A model generated the notes under the pieces. The model was not told the DNA's origin. It was given only the letters and a program-made list of their open reading frames with translations, and searched no databases. Shown here in pieces: positions 8,784 through 17,493 of a stretch of 24,000 nt of DNA. The DNA is taken from sequence record NC_041849.1, one strand, 5' to 3'. A program made the translations under genes and the position numbers. Origin of the DNA: Streptomyces phage phiELB20. Within the stretch, counting starts at the first letter, position 1, and the number at the start of each line of letters is the position of its first letter.

Positions 8784-9028
8784 AGGCCCTGCCTTGTCGC
8801 TGCGTTGCGCGCCGCATTGCGGGCGCTCAGCTCCTCGCGAGCCGTCAGGGGCCTCACTCGGAACGCGTCCCACTCTGCCCCTCCCTTGATCGGGCGGACC
8901 TGCACCCGATCCCCGCCGTAGTGCCCCATCACCACGCCCACCTTGTCCGTGGCGATGTCCATCACCAGGGAGCCGAGCTCGCAGTCGCTGGGGGATACGG
9001 CCGCCTGATCTCTCTCCGTCGTGGCCAT
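8780..9028 (-). CDS. Hypothetical protein
   Basis: 82-aa ORF, MATTERDQAAVSPSDCELGSLVMDIATDKVGVV... Confidence 0.6.
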   Translation of the reverse strand: MATTERDQAAVSPSDCELGSLVMDIATDKVGVVMGHYGGDRVQVRPIKGGAEWDAFRVRPLTAREELSARNAARNAATRQGL

Positions 9029-9105
9029 GCGAAGACGCTACGACTGGGAACTACGCTGCGTCGATGGCACTTTGACGGAGAGCCAGGTGGAAGTACCACA
9101 AGGTG

Positions 9106-10281
9106 TCACATGGGTACGCCGACGAGGTCGGCGAGGGAGCGCATCTCGGGCGTGAGGGTCCGGCGCCGGGCAACGATGCGGCCCATGATGTCGCGGGCGT
9201 AGCGCTGGTTCGGCAGCCACTGCGGAGACGAGGCGCGGATGTTCTGGAGCACCTCGACAGCCTCTCCGTACTGGCGCGTGCGCGCGTAGGCGTCGGCGAC
9301 GTCGAGCAGGTGGCGGTTCCGGTTGTTCGAGGTGGGCTTCAGCTTGTCCATGGGGACCTTGGTCGCCAGTTCGAGCACCTTGTCCGGCCGGTGGATGATC
9401 GAGGCGTTCTCGGCCCGCTTCAGGGCCACGGTGACGGGCCCGAAGGTGCGGAGGAAGTCCTCCGGAGGGGCGAACTCGCGCCCCAGTGCCACGGCTGCCG
9501 AGTTGGCGTACCGCAGGGCGTCCTCGGCTTCGCCGGGGCGGTTGTCCCGGACGCTTGCGGCGGACATGCGGAGCAGGAGCCAGCCCCACGCGCTCAGCTC
9601 GGCCGGCGTCGCCTTGGTCAGGCGCGGCTCGGTCTCGTCGGCCCACTCGGTAGCCAGTTCGCGCGCTTCCGAGAGGCGGCCTCGGCGAAGGAGGAGCCAG
9701 CACTGAGTGTTGACGGTCGCGGCGCCTTGCAGGCGGTCGGCGGAGTCGTCGAGGGAGCGTTCGAGGGCCATCTCGGCAGCCTCGAACTGGCGGGTCTGCG
9801 TGAGGAGCCATCCGGTGAGCTGCATGAGCTTGACGCGGAGCGCTCGGCCGTCCGGGTCGAGCTCGGCAAGCACGTTGGCGTCCCGCAGGAGTGCGGGGAG
9901 CAGTTCTCCGAGCTCGGCGAAGCGATCACCCGAGAAGAGGGGCAGGGCCGCCTTCAGTGAGGCGGTAACGCCTTCGAGGGTCGGCTCTTCGAGCTCGTCG
10001 GCTGCCGTGGGGGTCACCAGTGCCCGCCGGACGGCCCCCCATCGGTCGATGGTCTCTCGGGTTGCACCGTCCTCGCTGGAGTCGCTGACGAGGCGCGTGG
10101 TGGGCACGTGGAGGGCTGCGGCCAGTTGCCGGGCGGTCTCCAGGCGGGTGTCGCTACGCTCCCCTTGCTCCAGCTTCCGGATCAGCGAGAGGGACACCCC
10201 GGAGCTCTTGGCGAGCTCTTGCTGACTCATGCCCCGACGCTTGCGTACGTCGCGGAGCTGCTTACCAATGTCGGCGCTCAT
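9106..10281 (-). CDS. XRE-family regulator with a C-terminal helical-repeat region; candidate lysogeny regulator
   Basis: N-terminal HTH MSADIGKQLRDVRKRRGMSQQELAKSSGVSLSLIRKLEQGERSDTRLETARQLAAAL; placed next to the integrase. Confidence 0.75.
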   Translation of the reverse strand: MSADIGKQLRDVRKRRGMSQQELAKSSGVSLSLIRKLEQGERSDTRLETARQLAAALHVPTTRLVSDSSEDGATRETIDRWGAVRRALVTPTAADELEEPTLEGVTASLKAALPLFSGDRFAELGELLPALLRDANVLAELDPDGRALRVKLMQLTGWLLTQTRQFEAAEMALERSLDDSADRLQGAATVNTQCWLLLRRGRLSEARELATEWADETEPRLTKATPAELSAWGWLLLRMSAASVRDNRPGEAEDALRYANSAAVALGREFAPPEDFLRTFGPVTVALKRAENASIIHRPDKVLELATKVPMDKLKPTSNNRNRHLLDVADAYARTRQYGEAVEVLQNIRASSPQWLPNQRYARDIMGRIVARRRTLTPEMRSLADLVGVPM

Positions 10282-10320
10282 GAGTCAAGACTACGGCGCG
10301 TAGGCTGGTGAGCACACGGA

Positions 10321-10345
10321 AAAGCCCCCGCTTCTTGACGGGGGC
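10321..10345 (-). terminator. Terminator-like hairpin followed by T-tract on the - strand
   Basis: - strand GCCCCCG-TCAAGAAG-CGGGGGC-TTTT, just upstream of the XRE gene start. Confidence 0.6.
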
Positions 10346-10383
10346 GAGGGTCCGAGGAATGTTCCCCAAAGCGATACCACTTG

Positions 10384-10400
10384 AAGCAGTGGTACTGCTT
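10384..10400. promoter_or_regulatory. Inverted repeat AAGCAGT-GGT-ACTGCTT (candidate operator or attP element)
   Basis: 7-bp perfect arms in the XRE/integrase intergenic region. Confidence 0.45.
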
Positions 10401-10417
10401 GTGGGTACACTCTGCGG

Positions 10418-11836
10418 GTGATGAATCGAGGGGGGCCCACTGTACGGGCCGACATCTACGTCCGAATCAGCCTGGACCGCACGGGGGAAGAGCTCGGGGT
10501 CGAGCGCCAGGAGGAGTCGTGCCGCGAGCTCTGCAAGAGCCTCGGCATGGAGGTGGGGCAGGTGTGGGTCGACAACGACCTGAGCGCCACCAAGAAGAAC
10601 GTCGTCCGCCCCGACTTCGAGGCGATGATCGCGAGCAAGCCGCAGGCGATCGTCTGCTGGCACACCGACCGGCTCATCCGCGTGACGCGGGACCTGGAGC
10701 GGGTGATCGACCTCGGGGTCAACGTCCACGCCGTGATGGCCGGACACCTGGACCTGTCCACCCCGGCTGGCCGAGCTGTCGCCCGCACGGTGACGGCCTG
10801 GGCCACGTACGAGGGCGAGCAGAAGGCTGAGCGCCAGAAGCTCGCCAACATCCAGAACGCCCGGCTCGGCAAGCCGTACACCCCCGGCATCCGCCCCTTC
10901 GGGTACGGCGAGGACCACATGACCGTCGTGACGGCCGAGGCGGACGCCATCCGCGACGGCGCGAAGATGATCCTCGACGGCTGGTCCCTGTCGGCCGTGG
11001 CTCGCTACTGGGAGGAGCTCAAGCTCCAGTCGCCCCGGAGTACGGCCGCAGGCGGCAAGGGCTGGTCTCTGCGGGGCGTGAAGAAGGTGCTGACCTCCCC
11101 GCGCTACGTCGGGCGGTCCAGCTACCTCGGGGAGGTCGTGGGCGATGCCCTGTGGCCCCCGATCCTCGACCCGGACGTCTACTACGGGGTCGTGGCCATC
11201 CTGAACAACCCCGACCGCTTCAGCGGGGGCCCTCGGACTGGCCGCACCCCTGGAACTCTGCTCTCAGGCATCGGGCAGTGCGGGTACGACGACTGCAAGG
11301 ACACGGTCGGCGGTCGCGGCTACCGGGGCGTCCTGGTCTACGGATGCAAGGACACGCACACCCGGACTCCTCGTTCCATCGCCGACGCTCGCGCGAGCAA
11401 CGCCACCCTCGCCCGGCTCATGTTCCCCGACTTCCTGCCGGGCCTCCTGGCCTCTGGGCAGACGGAGAGCGGCGAGTCGGCAGCGTCCATGCACGCGGAG
11501 GCTCAGACCCTGCGCGAGCGCCTTGACGGGCTGGCTACGGCCTACGCAGAGGGCGCGATCAACCTGTCCCAGATGACGGCCGGCTCGGAAGCGCTGCGCA
11601 AGAAGCTGGAGGTCGTTGAGTCCGAGCTCGTGGGCTCCGCAGGCATCCCGCCCTTCGACCCCGTGGCTGGGGTGGCCGGGCTGATCTCCGGCTGGCCGGA
11701 CCTGCCCCTCCCCACGCGCCGGGCGTGGGTGGACTTCTGCTGTGTCGTCACGCTGAACCCGCAGCGCGGCCGGCACCTGTCGAACATGACCGTGGATGAC
11801 CACGTCACCATCGAGTGGCGAGACGTGGCCGAGTAG
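10418..11836 (+). CDS. int: Serine recombinase / phage integrase
   Basis: N-terminal resolvase domain YVRISLDRTGEELGVERQEESCRELCKSLGMEV...WHTDRLIR; recombinase domain GIRPFGYG...; zinc-ribbon-like C..C. The start may be 10439 or later. Confidence 0.85.
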   Translation: MMNRGGPTVRADIYVRISLDRTGEELGVERQEESCRELCKSLGMEVGQVWVDNDLSATKKNVVRPDFEAMIASKPQAIVCWHTDRLIRVTRDLERVIDLGVNVHAVMAGHLDLSTPAGRAVARTVTAWATYEGEQKAERQKLANIQNARLGKPYTPGIRPFGYGEDHMTVVTAEADAIRDGAKMILDGWSLSAVARYWEELKLQSPRSTAAGGKGWSLRGVKKVLTSPRYVGRSSYLGEVVGDALWPPILDPDVYYGVVAILNNPDRFSGGPRTGRTPGTLLSGIGQCGYDDCKDTVGGRGYRGVLVYGCKDTHTRTPRSIADARASNATLARLMFPDFLPGLLASGQTESGESAASMHAEAQTLRERLDGLATAYAEGAINLSQMTAGSEALRKKLEVVESELVGSAGIPPFDPVAGVAGLISGWPDLPLPTRRAWVDFCCVVTLNPQRGRHLSNMTVDDHVTIEWRDVAE

Positions 11837-11847
11837 CAGATACGACG

Positions 11848-11884
11848 AAGCCCCGGCTACCCCCTTCTGAGGGTGCCGGGGCTT
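11848..11884. terminator. Probably bidirectional terminator between int and the leftward arm
   Basis: AAGCCCCGG...CCGGGGCTT hairpin between convergent genes, followed by TTCGTGT. Confidence 0.65.
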
Positions 11885-11891
11885 TCGTGTG

Positions 11892-12092
11892 TCAGTTGTG
11901 GTGGCCGCTCTCCAGGCGGTCGATCTCTTCGAGGGACGCTTCGTAGTTGCCGGCCTCCTGGAGGAGGAGCAGGCGGAGGTCGGCGAGCTTGACCTGCACC
12001 CACACGGGGAGCTTCTTCTCGCGCTCGCTGTTGAAGAGCGTCGGGTACCGCTCGATCAGGAACTCAGGGCGGCGCTGGGGCGGCTTGCTCAC
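11892..12092 (-). CDS. Hypothetical protein
   Basis: 66-aa ORF overlapping the thyX stop by 4 nt. Confidence 0.6.
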   Translation of the reverse strand: MSKPPQRRPEFLIERYPTLFNSEREKKLPVWVQVKLADLRLLLLQEAGNYEASLEEIDRLESGHHN

Positions 12093-12796
12093 GGGGCCAC
12101 CCGGCCGTTCTTGTTGAAGGCGGTGTACGTGATGGGCATCAGGTCCGCGAGGTGGTCCTCCATCTTCTCGGCGACCATCTCGATCTCGCGCTGCGGGAAG
12201 GAGGGGAACTGAGCGATGGCACTGATGGTGCGGAGCCCGAGGAAGTGCATCAGGCTGCGCGCGTTGCAGGTGGCGTAGAAGCTGGTGAAGATCCCGACCG
12301 GGAGGACCATGCGCGCTACCTCGCGGGCGATGCCGATCTCCAGCATCACCTCGTAGGAGCGGTACGCCTGCTCGTACGCGTCACTCATGGCGGAGAGCGT
12401 CACCGCGTACTGGGAGGGTGAGCCGGGCGTGAACTGGTAGGCGCCGGGCTTGCCCTTCTGCACCAGGTTCCGGTCGTGGCCGGGGGCGTAGAAGACGGGG
12501 CGGAGCTGCTTGTAGCGGCCCGACTCCTCGTTGTACGACCAGCCCGAGCGGTGGCGGAAGAACTCGCGGGCCACGAAGACCGGCGCCTCGACGTAGAAGG
12601 TGAACGTGGTGTGCTCGAAGGGGCTGCCGTGCCGGTCCCGCATCAGGTAGTTGATCAGGCCCTGGTCCTTGGCCAGGTCGACGACCTCCTCGTGCGAGCC
12701 TCCGATGGTGGACACTCGGGCTGCCGTGGCGACGTCGGAGTCAGTGGCGCTCGCCTTGACGAGCTGGACGGTTACGTCGTTGCGTATCTCGATCAT
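12089..12796 (-). CDS. thyX: FAD-dependent thymidylate synthase
   Basis: ThyX motif FFRHRSGWSYNEESGRY plus RHGSPFEHTTFTFYVEAPVFVARE. Confidence 0.93.
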   Translation of the reverse strand: MIEIRNDVTVQLVKASATDSDVATAARVSTIGGSHEEVVDLAKDQGLINYLMRDRHGSPFEHTTFTFYVEAPVFVAREFFRHRSGWSYNEESGRYKQLRPVFYAPGHDRNLVQKGKPGAYQFTPGSPSQYAVTLSAMSDAYEQAYRSYEVMLEIGIAREVARMVLPVGIFTSFYATCNARSLMHFLGLRTISAIAQFPSFPQREIEMVAEKMEDHLADLMPITYTAFNKNGRVAP

Positions 12797-13056
12797 GCTG
12801 CGGGTTCCTCTCGGAGCTGTCGTTCATGGATGATCTCGGCGCCGGTCTCCCAGGCCAGGTCTTCGAGGGCGGCGAGCATTCGCCAGGCTGGCGCGGACTT
12901 GCCGAACCCGGTACGGAAGATGACCTCGGGCCTTCGGTCCTTCAGGAGGTGGAGCAGGCGGAAGGGGATGACGTTCTCGGGCTTGACCAGGCCGGCGAAC
13001 TTGCGCGTCTGGTGGTACCCGTACACCACTGCGATCGACTCAGTGTTCTGCGTCAC
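12793..13056 (-). CDS. Hypothetical protein
   Basis: 87-aa ORF, MTQNTESIAVVYGYHQTRKFAG..., coupled to thyX. Confidence 0.6.
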   Translation of the reverse strand: MTQNTESIAVVYGYHQTRKFAGLVKPENVIPFRLLHLLKDRRPEVIFRTGFGKSAPAWRMLAALEDLAWETGAEIIHERQLREEPAA

Positions 13057-13536
13057 TTACACAGCCTCCCCGGCGTGAATGAGGGCCTCGCGGAGCGCGG
13101 CCACCGTGCGGTCGTCCTTCTTGTCGCGGTCGTGCAGCTCCTTGCGGAGCGACTCGTGCTCTCCGAGCACCTCCTGGACCGCCTGTACCACCCGCATCAT
13201 GTTGCGAGGGCTCCAGACGTTCCCGTCGAGGGGACGCGGGCCTTCGTGCGAGGCGCCGAGGTTCACGCCCACCACCTTGGCGAGCAGGCCGACGATCTCG
13301 CGCGCCTCTCCGCCTCGGTCGTTCTCGCGGTAGACCGCGTCGCAGAAGCCGTCCTCGCGGCACGGGCGGGCCGGCCGGCTCGCGGCTGCCGCCTTCAGGG
13401 AGTCGAGCTCCCCCTCGTAGATCATCTGGTGGTTGAAGACGATGGACTCGGCCATCACTTCCTCGGTCAGGCCGGCGATCTCTCGCGCTTGCTCCTTGAT
13501 GCGCTGTCCCTCCTCGATCCAGTTCCACCCGTTCAT
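13057..13536 (-). CDS. Hypothetical protein
   Basis: MNGWNWIEEGQRIKEQAREIAGLTEEVMAESIVFNHQMIYEGELD...; internal start within the long ORF. Confidence 0.6.
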   Translation of the reverse strand: MNGWNWIEEGQRIKEQAREIAGLTEEVMAESIVFNHQMIYEGELDSLKAAAASRPARPCREDGFCDAVYRENDRGGEAREIVGLLAKVVGVNLGASHEGPRPLDGNVWSPRNMMRVVQAVQEVLGEHESLRKELHDRDKKDDRTVAALREALIHAGEAV

Positions 13537-13760
13537 GCGGACACCCACCCTTCGTACTTCGCTCGCGACTCGGCGGTCAGGTGCCAGCCACCCTCGCTGC
13601 ACTGGTACGTCCTGTGCTCGATGCGCAGGCCGCGCCTGGACTCCCCCGCTCGGCGGGACCGCTTGGCCTGGGCCCTCCCGAGCGCCTTCTCTGCGTTCTG
13701 GCGGGTCATGAAGTCTCGCTTCTGCCCGCAGGTGCAGGACTTCCAGTCGTTGTGGTTCAC
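13533..13760 (-). CDS. Hypothetical protein with CxC and a single downstream Cys
   Basis: VNHNDWKSCTCGQKRDFMTRQNAEKALGRAQ...; GTGA overlap with the upstream gene. Confidence 0.55.
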   Translation of the reverse strand: MNHNDWKSCTCGQKRDFMTRQNAEKALGRAQAKRSRRAGESRRGLRIEHRTYQCSEGGWHLTAESRAKYEGWVSA

Positions 13761-14254
13761 AGTTCGTTGACTCCCTTCGCCGCACCGCGCTTGGCGGCCG
13801 GCTTCCTCTTGGTCTTGCTCGGGTCGTCCTTGATGAACTTCACGCAGTCGCACGACTCCAGGTGGCACTTGCCTCGGCTCGCGCCGTCGAGTGCGTGCAT
13901 CCAGGGGGCGTGGCCACACGCCTCGTCCCAGCAGTAGCCGGGCCAGCTCGTCTTGCCGTCGTGGTTGGCGAGCATCACGCCGGAGGACGTCAGCGGCACC
14001 AGCCGGCCGGTCCCTCCGAACGCCATCTTCTTGGCGAAGGCTTCAGCCTCGGCCGTCGAACCGAAGGGGCCGAAGTTGAGGCCCTTGCTTCCGTCCGCCC
14101 AGGTGTGGACCATCGCGAAGAGGTCCCGCATCTGCACGATCTCGGCGACCTCCTTGATCACCGCCTTCGCGAGCTGCTCGGGGTTGTCGAAGGTGGGGTC
14201 TTCGAGGATGTCGACGACCCTCTTGATCTCGTGCGCCCTCGGGGTCAGCCTCAC
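13757..14254 (-). CDS. Hypothetical protein
   Basis: 165-aa ORF with Cys/His-rich C-terminal half (YCWDEACGHAPWMH...CHLESCDC). Confidence 0.6.
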   Translation of the reverse strand: MRLTPRAHEIKRVVDILEDPTFDNPEQLAKAVIKEVAEIVQMRDLFAMVHTWADGSKGLNFGPFGSTAEAEAFAKKMAFGGTGRLVPLTSSGVMLANHDGKTSWPGYCWDEACGHAPWMHALDGASRGKCHLESCDCVKFIKDDPSKTKRKPAAKRGAAKGVNEL

Positions 14255-14445
14255 GGGCGGTCACCCTCGGGGACGTCCCTCTCGTCGACAATGCTCTGGC
14301 CCCAGGGGTACTCCTCGTTGACCAGGTTCTGTGCGATCTCGTCCAGGTCGGCGTCGGTGTACTCCTCGTCCCCGTCGAGGCGGGCGTACAGCGTCACGTC
14401 CGAGCCGACGAACTTGCCCTCGATGTCCACCTTCAGGTACTTCAC
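14251..14445 (-). CDS. Hypothetical protein
   Basis: VKYLKVDIEGKFVGSDVTLYARLDGDEEYTDADLDEIAQNLVNEE...; starts just downstream of hammerhead copy 1. Confidence 0.6.
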   Translation of the reverse strand: MKYLKVDIEGKFVGSDVTLYARLDGDEEYTDADLDEIAQNLVNEEYPWGQSIVDERDVPEGDRP

Positions 14446-14459
14446 TGCGGGCTCCTCTC

Positions 14460-14519
14460 GTCTGCCATCGTCAGGCCGGGGGCAACACCCCCCGACGACT
14501 CCCTTCCGGGAGTTTCGGC
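14460..14519 (-). ncRNA. Type II hammerhead ribozyme, copy 1
   Basis: GCC-GAAA-CUCCC[GGAA]GGGAG-UC^GUCGGGGG[GUGUUG]CCCCCGGC-CUGACGA-U-GGC-AGAC. Predicted cleavage between 14497 and 14496. 8-bp stem I. Confidence 0.9.
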
Positions 14520-14536
14520 TGTCACACTTGCACGGT

Positions 14537-14941
14537 CTACTCGACGAGCTTGAGCTGGCGCGGGTCGACGTACGAGAGGAGTCCGCCCGAGCGGACCAGG
14601 ACATCCCCGTCCGAGTCCTCCAGCTCGTAGACCTCGCCCGTCACCTCGCCCTCGAAGTTCACGGCGCTGCCGTCCACGGTGATGGCGCCAGCCGGCACGA
14701 TGACCGCCGTTCCGACCTCCAGCTCGGGGCCGACCAGCTTGGCGAGCTCCAGGAGCAGGTTGTCGTGGTCGTCCATGGTCTCGTAGGCGTTGTCCGTGCA
14801 CGCCTGGTCGTGCTCGCGGGTCTTGCCGGGCAGGGGCTCGCCGTCCTCGCCCCGGTACTTCGCGACGTGCGCCTCGCGGTACCCCTCCTCGGCGCGGTAC
14901 TTCTTGATCAGCGCGCGGATCTGGCTGTTGACGTTGCTCAC
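14537..14941 (-). CDS. Hypothetical protein
   Basis: 134-aa ORF, MSNVNSQIRALIKKYRAEEGYREAHVAKYRGEDG... Confidence 0.6.
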   Translation of the reverse strand: MSNVNSQIRALIKKYRAEEGYREAHVAKYRGEDGEPLPGKTREHDQACTDNAYETMDDHDNLLLELAKLVGPELEVGTAVIVPAGAITVDGSAVNFEGEVTGEVYELEDSDGDVLVRSGGLLSYVDPRQLKLVE

Positions 14942-15138
14942 TTCTGAGTTCCCCTCTCGATGACCCGGACGCCCCAGCGTCGGGTGTTGACGTACGCGAT
15001 CATGTTCTGCGTCGCAGCCTTGCTCGGGCTGTACCAGTCGCCGCCCCGCTTGAAGAGCGGCGTGTCCCGCTTGTCCTCGATCACGATCTCGGTGCCGTCA
15101 GGCAGTTCGTCGAGCTCCCGGATCGTTCTGATGCTCAC
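14938..15138 (-). CDS. Hypothetical protein
   Basis: VSIRTIRELDELPDGTEIVIEDKRDTPLFKRGGDWYS... Confidence 0.6.
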   Translation of the reverse strand: MSIRTIRELDELPDGTEIVIEDKRDTPLFKRGGDWYSPSKAATQNMIAYVNTRRWGVRVIERGTQK

Positions 15139-15139
15139 C

Positions 15140-15727
15140 TTACACAGCCTGCGACAGTTGCACAAGGTCAGCCACGCCGTACAGCTTGAGGTGCAGGTCC
15201 CGCACCGAGCCGTCGTTGATCAGCGTGTGGTCGAAGGCCCACCCATCCAGGGCGACCTCGCTCTCGTGGACTCGGCCGACCCTGTCCTTCGCCGGGCCCA
15301 CGCCGGGCCTTCTCACCCGGATCAGCACGCCTCCGCGATCGGCGACAGCCTGCGCCTCGTTGGGGAAGCGCACGTCCGTGACCACAAGGGCTGGCACGTC
15401 AGAGAACTCAGCGAGGAGGGCGTTCACCCACACGTCCGAGCCCAGCAACTTCCGGCCGGCCTCCGTGCCCGTGCGCTGAAGCAGCGCGCGCACCTCGGGG
15501 TAGTGGTCCTTCGCGTACTCCCACCCGACGTCCTTGATGAGGACGCTCAGGCGCAGGAGGCCCGCGCCGTACGGGCCAGGGATCACCGGGTCGACGGCGA
15601 GCAGGAACTCACGGAGCTTGTCCGCGAAGGCGGCCTGCTTCCATCCGTACTGCACCAGGGCCTCGGCCGCCGAGTTCTTCCCGGACCGGGAGTACCCACT
15701 CAGGCCGACGATCAGGCTGTCGCTCAC
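15140..15727 (-). CDS. Deoxynucleoside monophosphate kinase-like protein
   Basis: VSDSLIVGLSGYSRSGKNSAAEALVQYGWKQAAFADKLREFL...VVTDVRFPNEAQAV is typical of phage dNMP kinases. Confidence 0.8.
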   Translation of the reverse strand: MSDSLIVGLSGYSRSGKNSAAEALVQYGWKQAAFADKLREFLLAVDPVIPGPYGAGLLRLSVLIKDVGWEYAKDHYPEVRALLQRTGTEAGRKLLGSDVWVNALLAEFSDVPALVVTDVRFPNEAQAVADRGGVLIRVRRPGVGPAKDRVGRVHESEVALDGWAFDHTLINDGSVRDLHLKLYGVADLVQLSQAV

Positions 15728-15927
15728 TCCCCTGCCTCCTTCTTCCAGAGCCGCGCCTCGCGGCGGCGAACCAGTCGGCGAATCCATCCGCCCTTGTCTC
15801 CCTCGTCCGCGAAGCGGCTCTCCACCACGTGGCTGCCTGCGCTCACGCCACCACCGGACTTGCCTCCGGTCTTGGATCGGAGCGCGGCCGGACTCTTGCG
15901 GCCGGTGCCCGGCACGGGCTCACTCAT
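15724..15927 (-). CDS. Hypothetical protein
   Basis: 67-aa ORF coupled to neighbours. Confidence 0.5.
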   Translation of the reverse strand: MSEPVPGTGRKSPAALRSKTGGKSGGGVSAGSHVVESRFADEGDKGGWIRRLVRRREARLWKKEAGE

Positions 15928-16234
15928 CCTCGTCGTCCTCCTCGTCGTACTCGGGGTTGAAGTCGATGGTCACGCGGGCCACTCGGCCTTCCTCGATCTC
16001 GGCGTACACCGGGTAGCTGCCGTCCCCGTACATGGTCGGAATGCTCAGGCCGATGCCGGAGCCGGCGGGCTCGGTGACGTCGTAGTTCTTCTTGTCCCAG
16101 GGGAACTTGTCGCACCACTCGGACCAGGTCTTGATGTGGTGGCTGGCGTCTCCGGTGATGGTGTAGCAGGGGTCACCCACGAACACCGTCCCGGAGTCCA
16201 CGTCCACCATGCCGATCTTCACGCGCTCGGTCAC
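15920..16234 (-). CDS. Hypothetical protein with GDPCYT motif
   Basis: VTERVKIGMVDVDSGTVFVGDPCYTITGD...; GTG start overlaps the upstream TAG. Confidence 0.65.
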   Translation of the reverse strand: MTERVKIGMVDVDSGTVFVGDPCYTITGDASHHIKTWSEWCDKFPWDKKNYDVTEPAGSGIGLSIPTMYGDGSYPVYAEIEEGRVARVTIDFNPEYDEEDDEDE

Positions 16235-16476
16235 TACTCGTTCTCCTCGGGGTAGGTGGGGAAGATCAGGCGGGCCGCCTCTTCGTAGCCCGCTTCGCTC
16301 AGCCGCTCGGCCGCGCCGCGCTCGGCCGCCCGCACCAGGTCGTCGAGCTGGCGCCGGGCCTCGTCGTACTCCTGGCCGTACTTGTCGTAGATCATGTTCG
16401 CGATCTGTCCCTCGACGGTCGGCGCCCATCGGGCCCCACCGTCCACGTACTCCCAGCCGTCCCGCTCTCGCGCCAT
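16234..16476 (-). CDS. Hypothetical protein
   Basis: MARERDGWEYVDGGARWAPTVEGQIANMIYDKYGQEYDEARRQLDD... Confidence 0.6.
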   Translation of the reverse strand: MARERDGWEYVDGGARWAPTVEGQIANMIYDKYGQEYDEARRQLDDLVRAAERGAAERLSEAGYEEAARLIFPTYPEENE

Positions 16477-16808
16477 CAGGCAGGCACCCCCTCGAAGTAG
16501 AAGCTGTCGTTCACGTCGTGCGCCCGGACCAGCTCGCCAGCCAGGGTCAGGAACTCGCGGTCGCGGGTGACCGCAGTGCGCTGGACTCGGGCGATGCCCT
16601 CGACGAAGTCGATGCCCAGCCGGGTGATGGACCAGCGCTGCTCTTCCTCGCGCTTGGCCAGGCCGAACCAGGCCAGCCTCGCGAACACCGTGTACTCCTT
16701 GTTCTCCAGGCCGAGCTCGTCCCGCTTCAGGGCGTCGCCGCCCGCCGCGTACAGCTTGCCGAGACCGGCGACCTCGGACTTGCCCAGGTTGTATCGCTTC
16801 TCGCTCAC
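16476..16808 (-). CDS. Hypothetical protein
   Basis: 110-aa ORF, downstream of hammerhead copy 2. Confidence 0.6.
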   Translation of the reverse strand: MSEKRYNLGKSEVAGLGKLYAAGGDALKRDELGLENKEYTVFARLAWFGLAKREEEQRWSITRLGIDFVEGIARVQRTAVTRDREFLTLAGELVRAHDVNDSFYFEGVPA

Positions 16809-16825
16809 TGCGTGCTCCTCTGTTC

Positions 16826-16886
16826 GTGGCTGCCATCGTCAGGAGGTGAGCGCCACCCCACCCCGACACCCCGAAGGGTGTTTCGG
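16826..16886 (-). ncRNA. Type II hammerhead ribozyme, copy 2
   Basis: UGCC-GAAA-CACCC[UUCG]GGGUG-UC^GGGGUG[GGGUGGCGCU]CACCUC-CUGACGA-U-GGCA-GCC. Cleavage between 16863 and 16862. Confidence 0.88.
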
Positions 16887-16900
16887 CACACTTGCACAGG

Positions 16901-17074
16901 TCAGGAAGGGCGAATCCAGCGGGCGTACAGGACGCGCCCGTCAGGGCGGACCCGCACCCTTCTCTCCCAGCCGTTCTCGTAGGTGTGGACCCAGACCCGA
17001 TCGGTCCCGAGCCACCGGTTCCAGCCGGCATGGGCGTACACGATGCCCGCCGGGCCGAGGTCGATGCGCGTCAT
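16901..17074 (-). CDS. Hypothetical protein (57 aa)
   Basis: MTRIDLGPAGIVYAHAGWNRWLGTDRVWVHTYENGWERRVRVRPDGRVLYARWIRPS. Confidence 0.55.
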   Translation of the reverse strand: MTRIDLGPAGIVYAHAGWNRWLGTDRVWVHTYENGWERRVRVRPDGRVLYARWIRPS

Positions 17075-17493
17075 CAGGAGGTCTCCTTGAACCCGTCGAA
17101 GCAGTAGATGTACGAGGTGTCGCCGACCTTCGCCCAGCACAGGCGGTGCCCGAAGACCTCACCCCAGTACTCGCGCTTGAGCGCCTTGTTCTTCCGCTCC
17201 CACGCCTTGCGCTTGAGCGGGCTGTTCAGCTTCGGGTCCAGGTACGTCACGTTCCCGGCCTTGTCCACCCAGTACGAGTGGCCCTTCCCGTTGCCTCTCT
17301 TGCCCGCGTCCCAGAAGCAGTTGCGGGAGTCGGAGTCATCGTCCCGGCACGGCTTGGTGGGCAGGCTGGGCGTCGCGGAGGCGACCGTCTCCACCTGCAC
17401 GGGGCTGGTCTCGGAGGCGAGGGGCGTCGAGGTCAGGGAGTAGGCGAGCAGGGCGGTCACTCCGACGGCGATGGTCCGCGCGATCTTCTTCAT
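17074..17493 (-). CDS. Putative secreted protein
   Basis: MKKIARTIAVGVTALLAYSLTSTPLASE signal-peptide-like N-terminus; mature part has 4 Cys. Confidence 0.65.
   Translation of the reverse strand: MKKIARTIAVGVTALLAYSLTSTPLASETSPVQVETVASATPSLPTKPCRDDDSDSRNCFWDAGKRGNGKGHSYWVDKAGNVTYLDPKLNSPLKRKAWERKNKALKREYWGEVFGHRLCWAKVGDTSYIYCFDGFKETS

Noticed and set aside
17085-17105. CTCCTGATGACG as an eleventh hammerhead
   Set aside because: CUGAUGA is present by chance at a gene boundary, but there is no upstream GAAA/stem III/GUC or stem I.
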